Shown: piece after piece, positions 37,788 through 50,445 of the stretch
Layout: each line of letters begins with the position of its first letter
Position numbering within the stretch: position 1 is the stretch's first letter
Assembly (NCBI RefSeq): GCF_001194135.2
Contig: NC_068986.1
Location: 74,505,720-74,569,719 of the forward strand
DNA: 64,000 nucleotides
Source of the DNA: Octopus bimaculoides
Taxonomy: Eukaryota
Direction of reading: 5' to 3'
Position numbers and translations under genes: made by a program
Notes under the pieces: model-generated
Told to the model about the DNA's origin: nothing
The model's database searches: none
Seen by the model: only the letters and a program-made list of their open reading frames with translations

Positions 37788-37845
37788 ACGACGATGACGA
37801 TGACGACGACGACGATGACGATGACGACGACGACGATGACGACAA
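36618..37845 (+). mobile_element. SINE family B (RTE-like tail, (GAC/GAT)n end) carrying an inverted copy of its own 3' end in its head; spans a gap
   Basis: Head 36618-36694 resumes at ~36849 (gtgtcatcttatattcctcgggccgaccaaagc); tail 37500-37745; 36694-36825 is the reverse complement of 37680-37865. Confidence 0.8.
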
Positions 37846-37929
37846 GTATACTGATGGTCTTCATGTTTATAATGATAAGAACTGACTGAAGTATATTTAT
37901 TTTTTACTTATTACACTAATACCTTTTGG

Positions 37930-38298
37930 GGAGTTGTGACAGTCATATATATTCTTATGACATTAATATCCTTATAGAAGTTATGACAGCCATACATTTT
38001 TATAACATTAATAGCCCTAGAGAAGTTATGGCAGTCATACGTCCTTATGACATTAGTACCTTTAGGGAAGTAATGACAGTCATACATTCTTATGACTTTA
38101 ATACCCTTAAGGAAGTTATGACAATTACATATTCATATGACGTTAATGCATTTAAATGAATTAGTTATGACAGCCATACGTTCTGATGACATATCAGTTC
38201 TCTTACGGAAGTTATGACAGCCATGTCTTCATATGACATTAATACCTTTAGGAAAGTTATAGCAGTTATCCATTCCTATGATAGTAATGTCCTTAGGA
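37930..38298. repeat. 45 bp minisatellite, ~8 degenerate units
   Basis: Unit gaagttatgacagccatacattcttatgacattaatacccttagg; translates as a 15-aa period EVMTAIHSYDINTLR. Confidence 0.9.
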
Positions 38299-38869
38299 TA
38301 ATTAATTATGACCAATACATTCTTAGCCTCATCTCTGGTGTGTAAATTTGTCACTGTGCAATAGAAACCTAAATATGAGTGGTGTGTATGTGTACAAGCT
38401 GTTATCTATAACTGTATATAAAATATGTAAGCCGTTATTTATCAATGTGTGCATATGTGTGTGTGTGTATTATTTATGAATTTGTGTGTGTGTAAGTGTG
38501 TGTCTGTGTACATGTATATGCGAGAGAGAGAGAAAGAGCTGTTATTTATCAATGTATGTGCGTGTATATACGTCTATATGTTTGCGTGCGCAAGTTGTTG
38601 TTGAAATTTTTTTCACATCATTATTCTGAGTCTATGATCAAAAGCCGTTTACAGAGTTCCTTCTGGCTAAAGAACAAAATGAAAATTCTTCCAATTTTTG
38701 TTTCCTATACTTCACAGAATTCATAGAAGAGACAAGATATACTTCAAACGTCTCGAAGATAGGTGAGAGGTAAAGTATAGCGAAGGTAAGATATTCTGTG
38801 AGTAAAACTTTTCCAAGTCATTATAGACAAGCTTCTTATGTTCAAAGTAATGTTTGAAATAATCTTTAT

Positions 38870-39125
38870 CATTGAAACATCTCGTCATGTCTTCCCCCTT
38901 TAACGTTGAGACATCTCGTCATTTCACCCTGCGTTTTTTAGCATTGAAACATATCATCAGCCACAGTATCTTGATCATAGGAATATCTCGTCTCCATCCC
39001 ATTTCACAGTGATATATCTCATCTCCCCTACTTAGCATTGAGGCATCTCGCCATCTCCCCATCTATTAATAATGTGACAGAAGATTACCCTCGATTTTAA
39101 CATTGGGACATTTCATCCCATTGTA
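38870..39125. repeat. ~30 bp degenerate tandem repeat
   Basis: Recurring cattga(a/g)(a/g)catctcgtcat..cccc at 38872, 38905, 38942, 39036 and ~39101. Confidence 0.65.
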
Positions 39126-41619
39126 ATGTTCCCTTTGTCAGGGCTGTCGGAATAACGAAAGGCAACGAGATGAGATGGCTCCACGAGATTTTATTCGTCA
39201 TGTGATACACTGTCTCTAAACATACATGCCAACAAGGGAACATTTACGTAGTCGTTCGACTTGCTAGAAATAGTAACCAAATCTTCTCCATATTATATCC
39301 TGCCGTCCTAAATAATAAAACAATACGTTGGATAATGTTGTTGCTAGAAATATCAGCCAAATATTCCTCATATTATACCCTACTGTCTTAAATAAGGAAG
39401 AAATACATTGGGTCGTGGGTACATTTAAAAGCAGGGTGGTCCCCACTGGGATGTTCGATCAAGATCTGCTCGGTTAAAGTTGATCTGGTGTTTAGTAACA
39501 CCACCACTAATAATAACTTTAGGCAACAGAGAGTTGCGATAACTCCAACCCACATCATAACTATGATCTGATAGAGGGAGATGCTAGTATCGAATGAGAA
39601 AGATCGCGAGGAGTGAGGCTCCCCTTAGCTCTTGTTAAGGCATGTCTCTGGAACCTGCATCAAACCCAGGCTGTATCTGTTTCGATAATCGGCGGTGATT
39701 TGGTCAGCGAATCCTCTGCGACGGTCGGCAATCGACGGTAAGATGTGCTGCTACGGATCATACTATCCCAAAGTGTGCATGCATGTGACCGGGAACTACA
39801 TGTCATAACTTCCGTAAAAGTACTGATATGTCATCTGAACGTATGATTGTCATTAATTAACCAAAGTGCATTAATGTGGTTGTTCGACGTACTATAAATA
39901 GTGACTACATGTTCCTTAAATTTCTCTATTAGTTTAAGAAAACGTGTAAAAACAAATTTAATCTCGGATATCGTATGCCAGAAGAAAAGACCGATAGAAA
40001 AGAACGAATTGTATAGAGGATGTTCAAGGTATATTAGGTAAATCCTTTCTCTGGTCCTACAGCATCAAGATGAACAGAGACATGGAGTTCTTTTTTTAGA
40101 AGTAGACCTGAGGGAATGCATATTTTAAATAAATCTACCCTTGAAATCATTATCTGTAAGTACCATGTTGTTACTTGGTGTGCTATCAAGTGTGTTTAGA
40201 AGGCAGAGTTCTCAGTATTAGAAAGACAGAATTTCCTGAATGGACAGGCGGATTGATTTTAGCATTTGCTTAAGGACTCCTAATTTGAAACACAATTAGG
40301 TAGAGCATCAAACGAAGTTGTCGAAATTGTCAAGAAGAACGAACCTCGTCACCTTATGACAATCAGACTTATTTAGATGAAGACAAACACTTTTGTGCTC
40401 CAGTGATTAACTTCGAAACTGCGAATTTAACGACGTTTTGTCCCATAAGTTTTTTCCCAACTGAATCTATTTTGACGCACTTTTCAGTATTAAATTCATC
40501 TCATTTAAATCTTTTAAGGACACTTAATTATACTAATTTATGTTTTTAAATAGCAGAGATGTCATGATTTCAGGCATTACTGTTAGATTTGACCACTCTT
40601 TTCCTCATAAGTTTTTTTCCTACAACACCAAGACCAATTTTGAGATCTTTTATTTAAGTATAACTAAATCAAAAATAATGAAGAAATAAGGAAATTATGC
40701 TGCCTAGAAGTTTCATCTACGTGTTACTCTCACATGTTTTGAAAATACAGTTTTATCGTAACATTTTTATACCGACCAATTTCGTATTATAATATCTTAA
40801 TCTTTGCCAGTTCAAAGCCTTTTAATAAGTTTGTCCTAAAAGTTGTATTCAGACTTTTAATTAACCCTTGTATCATACATTCTGATAACTATAAAACTTT
40901 CCTATCGTGTGTTCCAAGTTGCTCTGGTTGTTGAAAAAAAGAACTGGGAATTTCTATCATGTATGGTGCATGGATGCCAGGCAAATATGTCCTGTATATC
41001 AAATATGGTACACAGGACAGGTGAAAGGTTAAGATGAAGTGGAGCACTCGTTCTTTTCACGTACATTTACGTGAAGTTGGCCAAGTCTCGTAAGTTGGGC
41101 AAGAATTGGATGGAGTAGAATTGGTCACGAAAAAGTAATGGTTGACCATAACACTCAATGCAGTGGATACACACGAGCGCGCACGATTAATTTTAATACT
41201 AAGGCAAAACTACAGTTTACAGCAGATATATTAATATTATTTTTCTTTGCAACAGACACCAAAACTAGTTGAATAACTTTAAAAAAAGGAAGGTTAAAAA
41301 ATAGCTCTGTCCTCTTCGTTTATATTCAACCTTGCTCAGGTAAATATTCTGGTAACTAACCGATTCTTTATAATATATAAGAACCAGCAACAACATATAT
41401 ATTACGTCTATCACGTTTGTATATATAATAAATACTAATAAATTCCGGTACATGCTTGAAAATAATGTATGTTAGCTATCTATCTATCTATTTATCTATC
41501 TTTACACCCCCCACACACACACTCATGCACCACCCCCACACACATGCACCATCCACACATTAAACAGTTATAAATTTCCTATTCAGAAAAAGCCTTTAAG
41601 TTCTTGTCGATAAGCAGTA

Positions 41620-41683
<64 letters not shown>

Positions 41684-41689
41684 TAGTAT

Positions 41690-42290
41690 CGATAACGAAC
41701 ACTGAACAATAACGAATATAAAGTATATATATATTTGATAGACTAAACTATGCATCAATATACAGTTGCAATAAATAAAACAAATAGATAAATAAAATGG
41801 AAGCAGCACATAGTTCAATCGAACAAACTACTGGCAAAATGTATTCCATGAAACTAATGCATTCTGGGCATAGAATAAATGAGCACCGTATAAAGAACAA
41901 ACAAAACCTAGAAGACATTATACCCAAACATGAACTAGCTTTAATAATATCATGCAAAAATATACCAGGATTGTCTTTATATATTTAACAAAGTCATAAC
42001 GCTTCACACTACTGAATAAATTTTACTTGACTAATGTTGTTTACAAATTCAAGCGCAAACATGGAAGTTATTGTAAACACTCTGAATATAACTGTTATAT
42101 TGGACACTCCAGAATTTGCCTTTCTTGCTGGTTGGCCATGCATCCATAAAACGGATTCATTGCATTACTTTACGTTACGCAACACAAGGCAAATTTCAAC
42201 ACAAGGTTGTCTCATAGTTATAGCTTACTCCCATACAAGAAGGCTGGTCATGTACGTTGTATTGATAACATAATATACTGTAAAATTCAA
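41690..42290 (+). mobile_element. Penelope-like element remnant with GIY-YIG endonuclease
   Basis: TNVVYKFKRKHGSYCKHSEYNCYIGHSRICLSCWLAMHP*NG (from 42030) is the PLE VVY...YIG pattern; 5' end abuts (AAT)n at 41620-41682. Confidence 0.75.
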
Positions 42291-42607
42291 TAAAATGCTA
42301 ACATATAGGATAATTGTAGTAATAGACACATGAACCTGAAAGCTTTCCCGCATACTAACTCTTAGTCGAGTTAGTCTGCGGGAAAATGTCTATGTGGTAG
42401 CTGAGCCTACGGGGAATAGAGGCTAAACTACCCTTAATTTTCACCCATAGATAATATAGATTTAGATTCAATGTGTCCAAAAAATGGTGAGGTGGTGATG
42501 CTTAGAATATGTTTGTCATGGGTCTGTTGAACAAAAGCTGAATTCGAATTAATTAAATATTATCTGTTATACATGGTAGGCCAAAAGTCACGCTCCAAGA
42601 GTCATTT

Positions 42608-42792
42608 AAGGCAGAATCGTTAGCACGCCAGGGAAAATTGCTTAGCGACATTTCGTCCGTCTTTACTTTCTGGGTTCAAATTCCACTGAGGTCGACTTTG
42701 TCTTTCATCCTTCCGTGGTCAGTAAGATAAGTACCAGTTGACTATACCACTGCCTCCGAAATTGCTGGCTTTGTGCCAAAATTTGAAACCAA
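42608..42792 (+). mobile_element. SINE family A
   Basis: ggcagaatcgttagcacgccagg...gggttcaaattccactgaggtcgactttg. Confidence 0.88.
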
Positions 42793-43476
42793 TACACTTT
42801 AAAAGCAAAACCTTTTATTTAATTACAAAGTGAAACAAATTAGAAAGTGTCAGTAGTATGATCAGAAGTCTTTAAAATGTTTACTGTCTGCAGCTTTTAT
42901 TATTCGTCACATTGTTGTACAAGGAACGCCAATTTCCTGCAATGATCTTCACACTGATTTCTTTGGACATTTTGAAAGCTTGTTTATGACAGATACACGC
43001 GTCTCGTTTGATACTATTGGCGGCTACTTCGTTATTTGTTTTACACACTGCTTGTTGCATGAAATTTTAGGACTAATCGGCCAAGACTATTGTATGTGAT
43101 ATGGTTTTTCCAGGATGCTTTTGGCTGAAGGTGTCGCCGACGGCTCTACTTGTTGCACCGTCATGGTCGGACAGTAAAATCAGTTCCATATTCTCCGGAA
43201 TTTTAAAAGACATGCTTCCATTTTTTTTAATTGAGTAAAATAAATACAATATGAATACACACGTACTTGTACACGATGAACAAAATAGCGAAACACTTAC
43301 ACCTTTTTCTGCAAAATAGGAGTAGTTTATCCTGTTCAGGCTATATTATTAGCATTATCCTGCGATTGAGAATTTTAAATCACTTCTTTAACTTTCTAAG
43401 ACATCTCAACGCTTCTAAAAGCAAACTTCGTTTGTTTGTTTACGTTTATCGTAATTTGAATTTAAAATAAATAATG

Positions 43477-43687
43477 GTTTCATACTTTGACATACGGCCA
43501 GCAACATCCGAAGAGGGGCTTAGTCGATTACATTGACCTAGGCACTCAACTAATACTTATCTTATCGACACCGAAAGGATGCAAGGTAAAGCTGACCTCG
43601 GCAGAATTTGAACTTAGAACGTAAAGACGGACGAAATACCACTAAGCATTTTTCCCGGCGTGCTAACAATTCTGCCAGCTCGCCACC
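43477..43687 (-). mobile_element. SINE family A
   Basis: gtcgattacattgac...gacctcggcagaatttgaacttagaacgtaaagacggacgaaatacc...ttctgccagctcgcc. Confidence 0.88.
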
Positions 43688-43694
43688 TTAAGTA

Positions 43695-43900
43695 GTTTCA
43701 AAAGTTGAGACAAGGCCAGTAACTCGGGGTAGGGAGCAAGTCAATTACATCGACTCCAGTGTTCATCTGGTACTTATCTTATCGACCACGAAAGATTGAA
43801 AGGGAAATTGGAGATGGGCGAAATTTTTGTACTCAGAACGTTAAGACGAACGAAATGCTGCTATGCATTTCGCCATGCGTGCTCACGATTCTGCCAGCTC
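43695..43900 (-). mobile_element. SINE family A (tandem with previous copy)
   Basis: acaaggccagt...caattacatcgac...gtactcagaacg...gattctgccagctcg. Confidence 0.8.
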
Positions 43901-44410
43901 GTTGCTTTTNNNNNNNNNNNNNNNNNNNNNNNNNNNNNNNNNNNNNNNNNNNNNNNNNNNNNNNNNNNNNNNNNNNNNNNNNNNNNNNNNNNNNNNNNNN
44001 NNNNNNNNNNNNNNNNNNNNNNNNNNNNNNNNNNNNNNNNNNNNNNNNNNNNNNNNNNNNNNNNNNNNNNNNNNNNNNNNNNNNNNNNNNNNNNNNNNNN
44101 NNNNNNNNNNNNNNNNNNNNNNNNNNNNNNNNNNNNNNNNNNNNNNNNNNNNNNNNNNNNNNNNNNNNNNNNNNNNNNNNNNNNNNNNNNNNNNNNNNNN
44201 NNNNNNNNNNNNNNNNNNNNNNNNNNNNNNNNNNNNNNNNNNNNNNNNNNNNNNNNNNNNNNNNNNNNNNNNNNNNNNNNNNNNNNNNNNNNNNNNNNNN
44301 NNNNNNNNNNNNNNNNNNAAATAGAGAGAGGGGTAAATAGAGAAAGAGGAGAGAGAGTGTATATGTGTGTGTGTGTATGTACGTGCATGCGTGCGTGTGT
44401 GTGTGTGTGT

Positions 44411-44452
<42 letters not shown>

Positions 44453-45116
44453 TAAGTATACTGTTGTCATACTAACTAACGAACCTTTCCACTATATAAC
44501 AGTCTATTAGTAAAATAAAGTACGTGCGTGATTAACAAATATTTTTACCGACAGCGTAGCGACGGATAAAGACCTTAGTATAAATAAAATGACAATCGTT
44601 TTGGTGCGTGATTTTTGGTTCACCCTGTATCCTAAATATCCTTGTATTTTTTACTAGTTTCAGTCATTTGACTGCGGCCATGCTGGAGCACTGTCTTAAA
44701 TAGACTATACTAATTTTTTTTAATATTATACACCCAGTATATTATATAACATCAATTATAAGAAACATTATATGACAATAGAATAAGTATAAAACTAAAT
44801 AAACAATGTTGAGTTTAGTTGCCCTATGTTTTTAGTCTCATTGTAATGAGAACAGACAGAGGCAAACCACAGGTACCAATCTAGTAAAAACTTATTTGCA
44901 CATTTCTCGATGCTTCTACCCTCGTGTATTACATGTAAAGATGGTTAGGCTGTTGCACTCACGATCGCTAGACCGTGAGCTCGATTCCCTGACTGGGTAG
45001 CGGGTTGCGTTCTCGAGCAAAACACTTCATTTGATTGTGTGTGTGTATGTGTGCGTATGTGTATGTATGTGTGTGTGTGTGTGTAATATAATAATGAACT
45101 TATTGTATACAGTAGT

Positions 45117-45434
45117 GGAGGTGCAATGGCCCAGTGGATAGGGCAGCGGATTCGCGGTTTCGATTCTCAGAGGCTCCGGCAGGGGATGGTGGCGAACCCC
45201 GCTGTACTCTTTCACCACAACTTTCTCTCACTCTTACTTCCCGTTTCTGTTGTGCCTGTAATTCAAAGTGTCAGCCTTGTCACACTCTGTGTCACGCTGA
45301 ATATCCCCGAGAACTACGTTAAGGGTACACGTGTCTGTGGAGTTCTCAGCCACTTGCACGTTAATTTCACGAGCAGGCTGTTCTGTTGATCGGATCAACT
45401 GGAACCCTCGACGTCGTAAGCGACGGTGTGCCAA
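45117..45434 (+). mobile_element. SINE family C with 13 bp TSD, internally deleted head
   Basis: ggaggtgcaatggcccagtgg head; body equals the reverse complement of 50059-50445; TSD attgtatacagta at 45102-45114 and 45437-45449. Confidence 0.9.
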
Positions 45435-47018
45435 CGATTGTATACAGTACTCAGGTGCACTACAACTAAAAAAAAAAAAATAACAGTAAAAACAAAACAG
45501 GGGTGGGGAGCGTCAGGTGTACTGTTGGCGAATTTCAGGAAGTATGGAAACTTTGAAGGATGTAGCGTCCTAACAGCTAACAACTGATGCAGGTAGTTTA
45601 TTCCATGCTTCAGCAATTCTAAGCGTGAAAAAAATGTCTCTGAATGTTATGGGTGCTGTATTGGTTTTTGATTTTTATGCGTGTCCACGAGTGTTTGACA
45701 TATGGAATCTGAGAAGGTGCCCAAGGTTATTTTTAGAAAACAATAAATGAATATATGCATATATACGTACAGGTATGTGCATACCTACGTCTACCTGTAT
45801 ATATAGGTGCATATCTGGGTACAGGACATTGCAAACAAAACGTAGACAAAAAAATAATAATAACCAGAGTACAGAAAACACACAGGCCATATAGAGAACA
45901 TTTTCCTTCATCAGCTACCCCCATTCTAACACAGGCGTTTCGAAGAGTACCTGTACGCATATATGCATATACTCATTTATTATTTGTGTTACATGATCGA
46001 ACGCCCGCGTCATTCCCTGTTAGTAGTTTTTTAACTTTATATTTTTAGAAAGACGGTTGATAGACGTCAGGGCTTTAATGTGTCTATGCCCAGGAAAGCA
46101 AAACGTTCAAGAATATGACAGATGCCTGACGGCAGGTATTCGTTTGGTTGAACGTTTCTGAACAGTTTCCAGGAGATTGATATGCTGAGCAAGATAGATG
46201 TCCCAGATTGGAAAATAGGGGTTCCAGACTAAAAAAACAGGGCTTCCAGACCCCTATTTGAACTCTATGTGTGGAGGTACCATAGTCATACAGTTTTAAA
46301 TGTGACAGCTGGAGCGCAGTTGTTGAGGGAGTATGTTAAAGCTGAGATTTTATTTATACACATACACATATTGTATATGGAGAATAAGGATAACTGAATG
46401 CGTGCCTGTTATTTGTAGGTTTGTTTGTATATCGATATATACATGCGCATGTATATAAGAAATATATAATGGCAGGATATTATCCGTTTCAAAAACCATA
46501 ATTCTACGTGATAATAAAACATTTGTACACGGAACGAATTTGTAATTGTCTGGCGTCGTTCTTGGTTTTACCATTTTATTATGAATAAACACACTAGCTA
46601 CAACAACAATAGCGACACCATGTACAAAAAGCAGTTATTTCACACATGTCAAAATCATTAGCAACAGACCACCTACATACAATGGCTTCGCAAAGTATAG
46701 AACCAGTTTAGCTATAATAAGCCCTATGTAAACCTAACAGCGCTTAACTGTGGACTGACAGTACGTGGAGAGAGGGAGGGAGAGAGAGGGGGTAGGGACA
46801 GAGGAAGAGGGACGAAGGAAGAGGGAAGGAGGAAGAGAGAGAAGAGAAGAGAGAGAGAGGAGATGAGTTGCTAGTGAAAGGTAGTTTATAACCCGGAACA
46901 GAATCGGTTCCGGTTTTAAATCCGGCTGACACGACAGTAGTTGTGTGATATATGAGACATAAACAGCCGTGAGAACTGACAACCATTTTCCTTACTTCCT
47001 AAATCTAGTTATCAAATC

Positions 47019-47019
<1 letters not shown>

Positions 47020-47107
<88 letters not shown>

Positions 47108-47148
47108 CAGCAACAACAACAATAATAATAGTAAATATGATAATGATA

Positions 47149-47180
<32 letters not shown>
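47020..47180. repeat. (AAT)n/(GAT)n microsatellite
   Basis: Read directly; similar (AAT)n at 26355-26398, 41620-41682, 48665-48722, 63708-63780 and 63891-63946. Confidence 0.95.
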
Positions 47181-47182
<2 letters not shown>

Positions 47183-47984
47183 CTTTATTAATCACAAGGG
47201 TTTACATTAAGAAAANNNNNNNNNNNNNNNNNNNNNNNNNNNNNNNNNNNNNNNNNNNNNNNNNNNNNNNNNNNNNNNNNNNNNNNNNNNNNNNNNNNNN
47301 NNNNNNNNNNNNNNNNNNNNNNNNNNNNNNNNNNNNNNNNNNNNNNNNNNNNNNNNNNNNNNNNNNNNNNNNNNNNNNNNNNNNNNNNNNNNNNNNNNNN
47401 NNNNNNNNNNNNNNNNNNNNNNNNNNNNNNNNNNNNNNNNNNNNNNNNNNNNNNNNNNNNNNNNNNNNNNNNNNNNNNNNNNNNNNNNNNNNNNNNNNNN
47501 NNNNNNNNNNNNNNNNNNNNNNNNNNNNNNNNNNNNNNNNNNNNNNNNNNNNNNNNNNNNNNNNNNNNNNNNNNNNNNNNNNNNNNNNNNNNNNNNNNNN
47601 NNNNNNNNNNNNNNNNNNNNNNNNNNNNNNNNNNNNNNNNNNNNNNNNNNNNNNNNNNNNNNNNNNNNNNNNNNNNNNNNNNNNNNNNNNNNNNNNNNNN
47701 NNNNNNNNNNNNNNNNNNNNNNNNNNNNNNNNNNNNNNNNNNNNNNNNNNNNNNNNNNNNNNNNNNNNNNNNNNNNNNNNNNNNNNNNNNNNNNNNNNNN
47801 NNNNNNNNNNNNNNNNNNNNNNNNNNNNNNNNNNNNNNNNNNNNNNNNNNNNNNNNNNNNNNNNNNNNNNNNNNNNNNNNNNNNNNNNNNNNNNNNNNNN
47901 NNNNNNNNNNNNNNNNNNNNNNNNNNNNNNNNNNNNNNNNNNNNNNNNNNNNNNNNNNNNNNNNNNNNNNNNNNNNNNNNNNNT

Positions 47985-48662
47985 CAAGGAAGCACTGGAT
48001 ATGTCATAGCCTCAGCGCATGTCTGCGCATCATCAACCGCGGCATGCACAAGCCACGACGCAGCGGGTGCTGACAGCAGATAGACCACCTGACCATTGAG
48101 ACGCGTCCCTTCCACAAGAAGCGGAAGAGTATACGCTCCAGCGTAATCAGACAATGGCCAGGACAAGGCACAACAGTCAAGCGACTGCCCGACCTTTCAG
48201 AGATAGCTTTCTCTCGGCCCATTTTTTGGTGAGGTAGTCACCCTGCTCGTTACCTCACCCCAGTTTTGGTCTACCTGGAGGTCCGGGCCAAACCAAACCC
48301 TGAGCAATTTAATCGGTCTGTCCGTCCAGCGCCCAACGATGCAGTTGGACGGCAACGACTTGCTTCTCCAGGTGCAGATCCTCAAGCCCACTGATTTTTG
48401 CTGGTTAATTGTCGCTCCTGAAAGCGCCTAGTAGTCCTTGAGAACAGTACCAATCATTTCTATGTGTTTATGATCCGACACCACTATGGTGACGTCGTCG
48501 GTATATGCCGACACACATCTCCCACCTCCAAGGTCATGCGGGAGGCCTCACAACGCCTCCAGTTTGTGCAATAGTGGCTCGAGAGTCAGTACATACAAGA
48601 GAGACGAGAGGAGGTAACCTTGCCGGACTAAGTGCATGATGTTGAACAGCTCTGAGAGGTGA
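47985..48662 (-). mobile_element. Tx1/L1-clade LINE RT fragment, pseudogenised
   Basis: VRQGYLLSSLLYVLTLEPLLHKL, VSAYTDDVT, ILFRFLWKGR, GLCMPRL. Confidence 0.85.
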
Positions 48663-48664
48663 CC

Positions 48665-48698
<34 letters not shown>

Positions 48699-49090
48699 TG
48701 ATGATGATGATAATAATAATAATACTTTTTATTATAGGCACAAGGCCTGAAATTTGGGGAGGGAGATAGTCGATTACATCGACCCCAATACTCAAAATAA
48801 TAAAAAGACATACTAATAGAAATTAGAAAAATAAATAATTGATAGGTAGAATCCCCAACAGCGGGGTCGTCTACTTAGTGTAATTCGGGGTAAATCCTAC
48901 ACAAAAAATCCCGGGTTACTCTGTTACCCACAAGGCTCGGGAAGTGCCATCTTCCACTTTCTTTTTCTCTTTCTTAGAAAAGCATACACAGAGTAGACTC
49001 ATTTAGTCACACACGCTTGCCACTCTTGTCCACTTTTTGATAAACACACTAGAAGGCAGTACATCCTTAATGATGATGATGATGATGATG

Positions 49091-49541
49091 ACGACAAATG
49101 GTATGACAAAATCCCAGAATGAGTTACCGAGGATGAAGACTGTAAAATCCTGTGGGATACAATGGTTCAGTGTGACCATCAAATCAAATATCGGAAGCGC
49201 GATATTGTTGTAGTGAACAAAAAAGAAAAAAAAAACCTTGCATGATAATCGACATAGCATGTCCCGGTGACAATAGGATCAAAGAGAAAGAAGAATAAAA
49301 ACTGGTTTGAAATGGCAAACATGCAGGCTGTAGACAATGAAGAGAGTGGACGCGATACCAGAATTGGCGCTTGGAAATATCAGCACTCAACTATTAACAT
49401 GGCTCAAAAAGATTGGTACAAATGTAAAGATAGAAAACCTAAAAAATTCATCATTGCTTAGAACTGCAAGAGTTCTCCGCAGGCTGTGGACAACTGGCAT
49501 TTTCTAAGATATCCAGCAAAATAAGTTGCCAGTTTTCATCA
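49091..49541 (+). mobile_element. R4/Dong-like RLE C-terminal fragment flanked by (GAT)/(AAT) repeats
   Basis: KWYDKIPE*VTEDEDCKILWDTMVQCDHQIKYRKRDIVVVNKKEK...IDIACPGD and TARVLRR. Confidence 0.78.
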
Positions 49542-50058
49542 AATAATGATAATGATAACAATAATAATATTTATTAAAATAAGAGTTGTGTTTCTTTCTC
49601 CGTCCGTCACACGATCGGATTAAGATTATTTCGATAGGTGGAAGGCAATGCATACAACACCACCATCAGACACCCAATGTGCAAGGTGATAGTGTTAGAC
49701 CGAGTGGCGGTTTAAATATACAACCCAAATAAACCGAGGCAGAATTTGAACTTAGATCGCGGAAAATCGGAGCAAATGCTGCATGGCATTCTGTTCGAAG
49801 CTATTCAAAATAAGCAATGGATTTATTCAATTTATCTGTGCATTGAATATACATATGCTACATTAGAAAAATGAGGTTTGTGTTTTATTTTCGGTCGAAG
49901 TTCATTTTTTCCCCACACACCGTCAAAAAAGAAAAGAAAATGACCGTGAATAAATGCTGAAATGAAAAAGATAAAGAAGGCGGAGGAGACTGGAAGACAC
50001 AGAAAAGTTATAACAATAACATCAAATTTAGTAAAGCCTTCCAGTCAGTAGTAGAATT

Positions 50059-50445
50059 GTTGTTGTTGGCACTCCGTCGCTTACGACGTCGAGGATTCCA
50101 GTTGATCCGATCAACGGAACAGCTTGCTCGTGAAATTAACGTGCAAGTGGCTGAGCACTCCACGGACACGTGTACCCTTAACGTAGTTCTCGGGGATATT
50201 CAGCGTGACACAGTGTGACAAGGCTGACCCTTTGAATTACAGGCACAACAGAAACAGGAAGTAAGAGTGAGAGAAAGTTGTGGTGAAAGAGTACAGCAGG
50301 GTTCGCCACCATCATCTGCCGGAACTTCGTGGAGCTTTAGGTGTTTTCGCTCAATAAACACTCACAACGCTCGGTCTGGGAATCGAAACCGCCATCCTTT
50401 GACCGCGAGTCCGCTGCCTTAACCACTGAGCCATTGCGCCTCCAC
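50059..50445 (-). mobile_element. SINE family C, near full length, 12 bp TSD
   Basis: Minus strand ggaggcgcaatggctcagtggttaaggcagcggactcgcgg...ggtttcgattccc; TSD agtagtagaatt at 50047-50058 and 50452-50463. Confidence 0.9.

Noticed and set aside
40063-40155. 93 nt segment with strong acceptor (ctttctctggtcctacag) and donor (gtaagt)
   Set aside because: Stops in all three frames and no partner exons; at most a non-coding exon.
45860-45950. Hammerhead-like words GAAAC...CTGATGA on minus
   Set aside because: No valid stem I/II pairing or NUH placement in type II topology.
10653-48009. Long ORFs in the track containing X runs (e.g. 22727-23406, 25608-26261, 28229-28856, 29589-30427, 32378-33570, 36798-37608, 43759-44470, 46969-48009)
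   Set aside because: They are open only because N-gaps contain no stops. Gaps lie at 7906-7915, 10747-10984, 21367-21466, 22998-23289, 25774-26091, 28416-28816, 29704-30340, 32681-33444, 36948-37448, 43910-44318 and 47216-47983.
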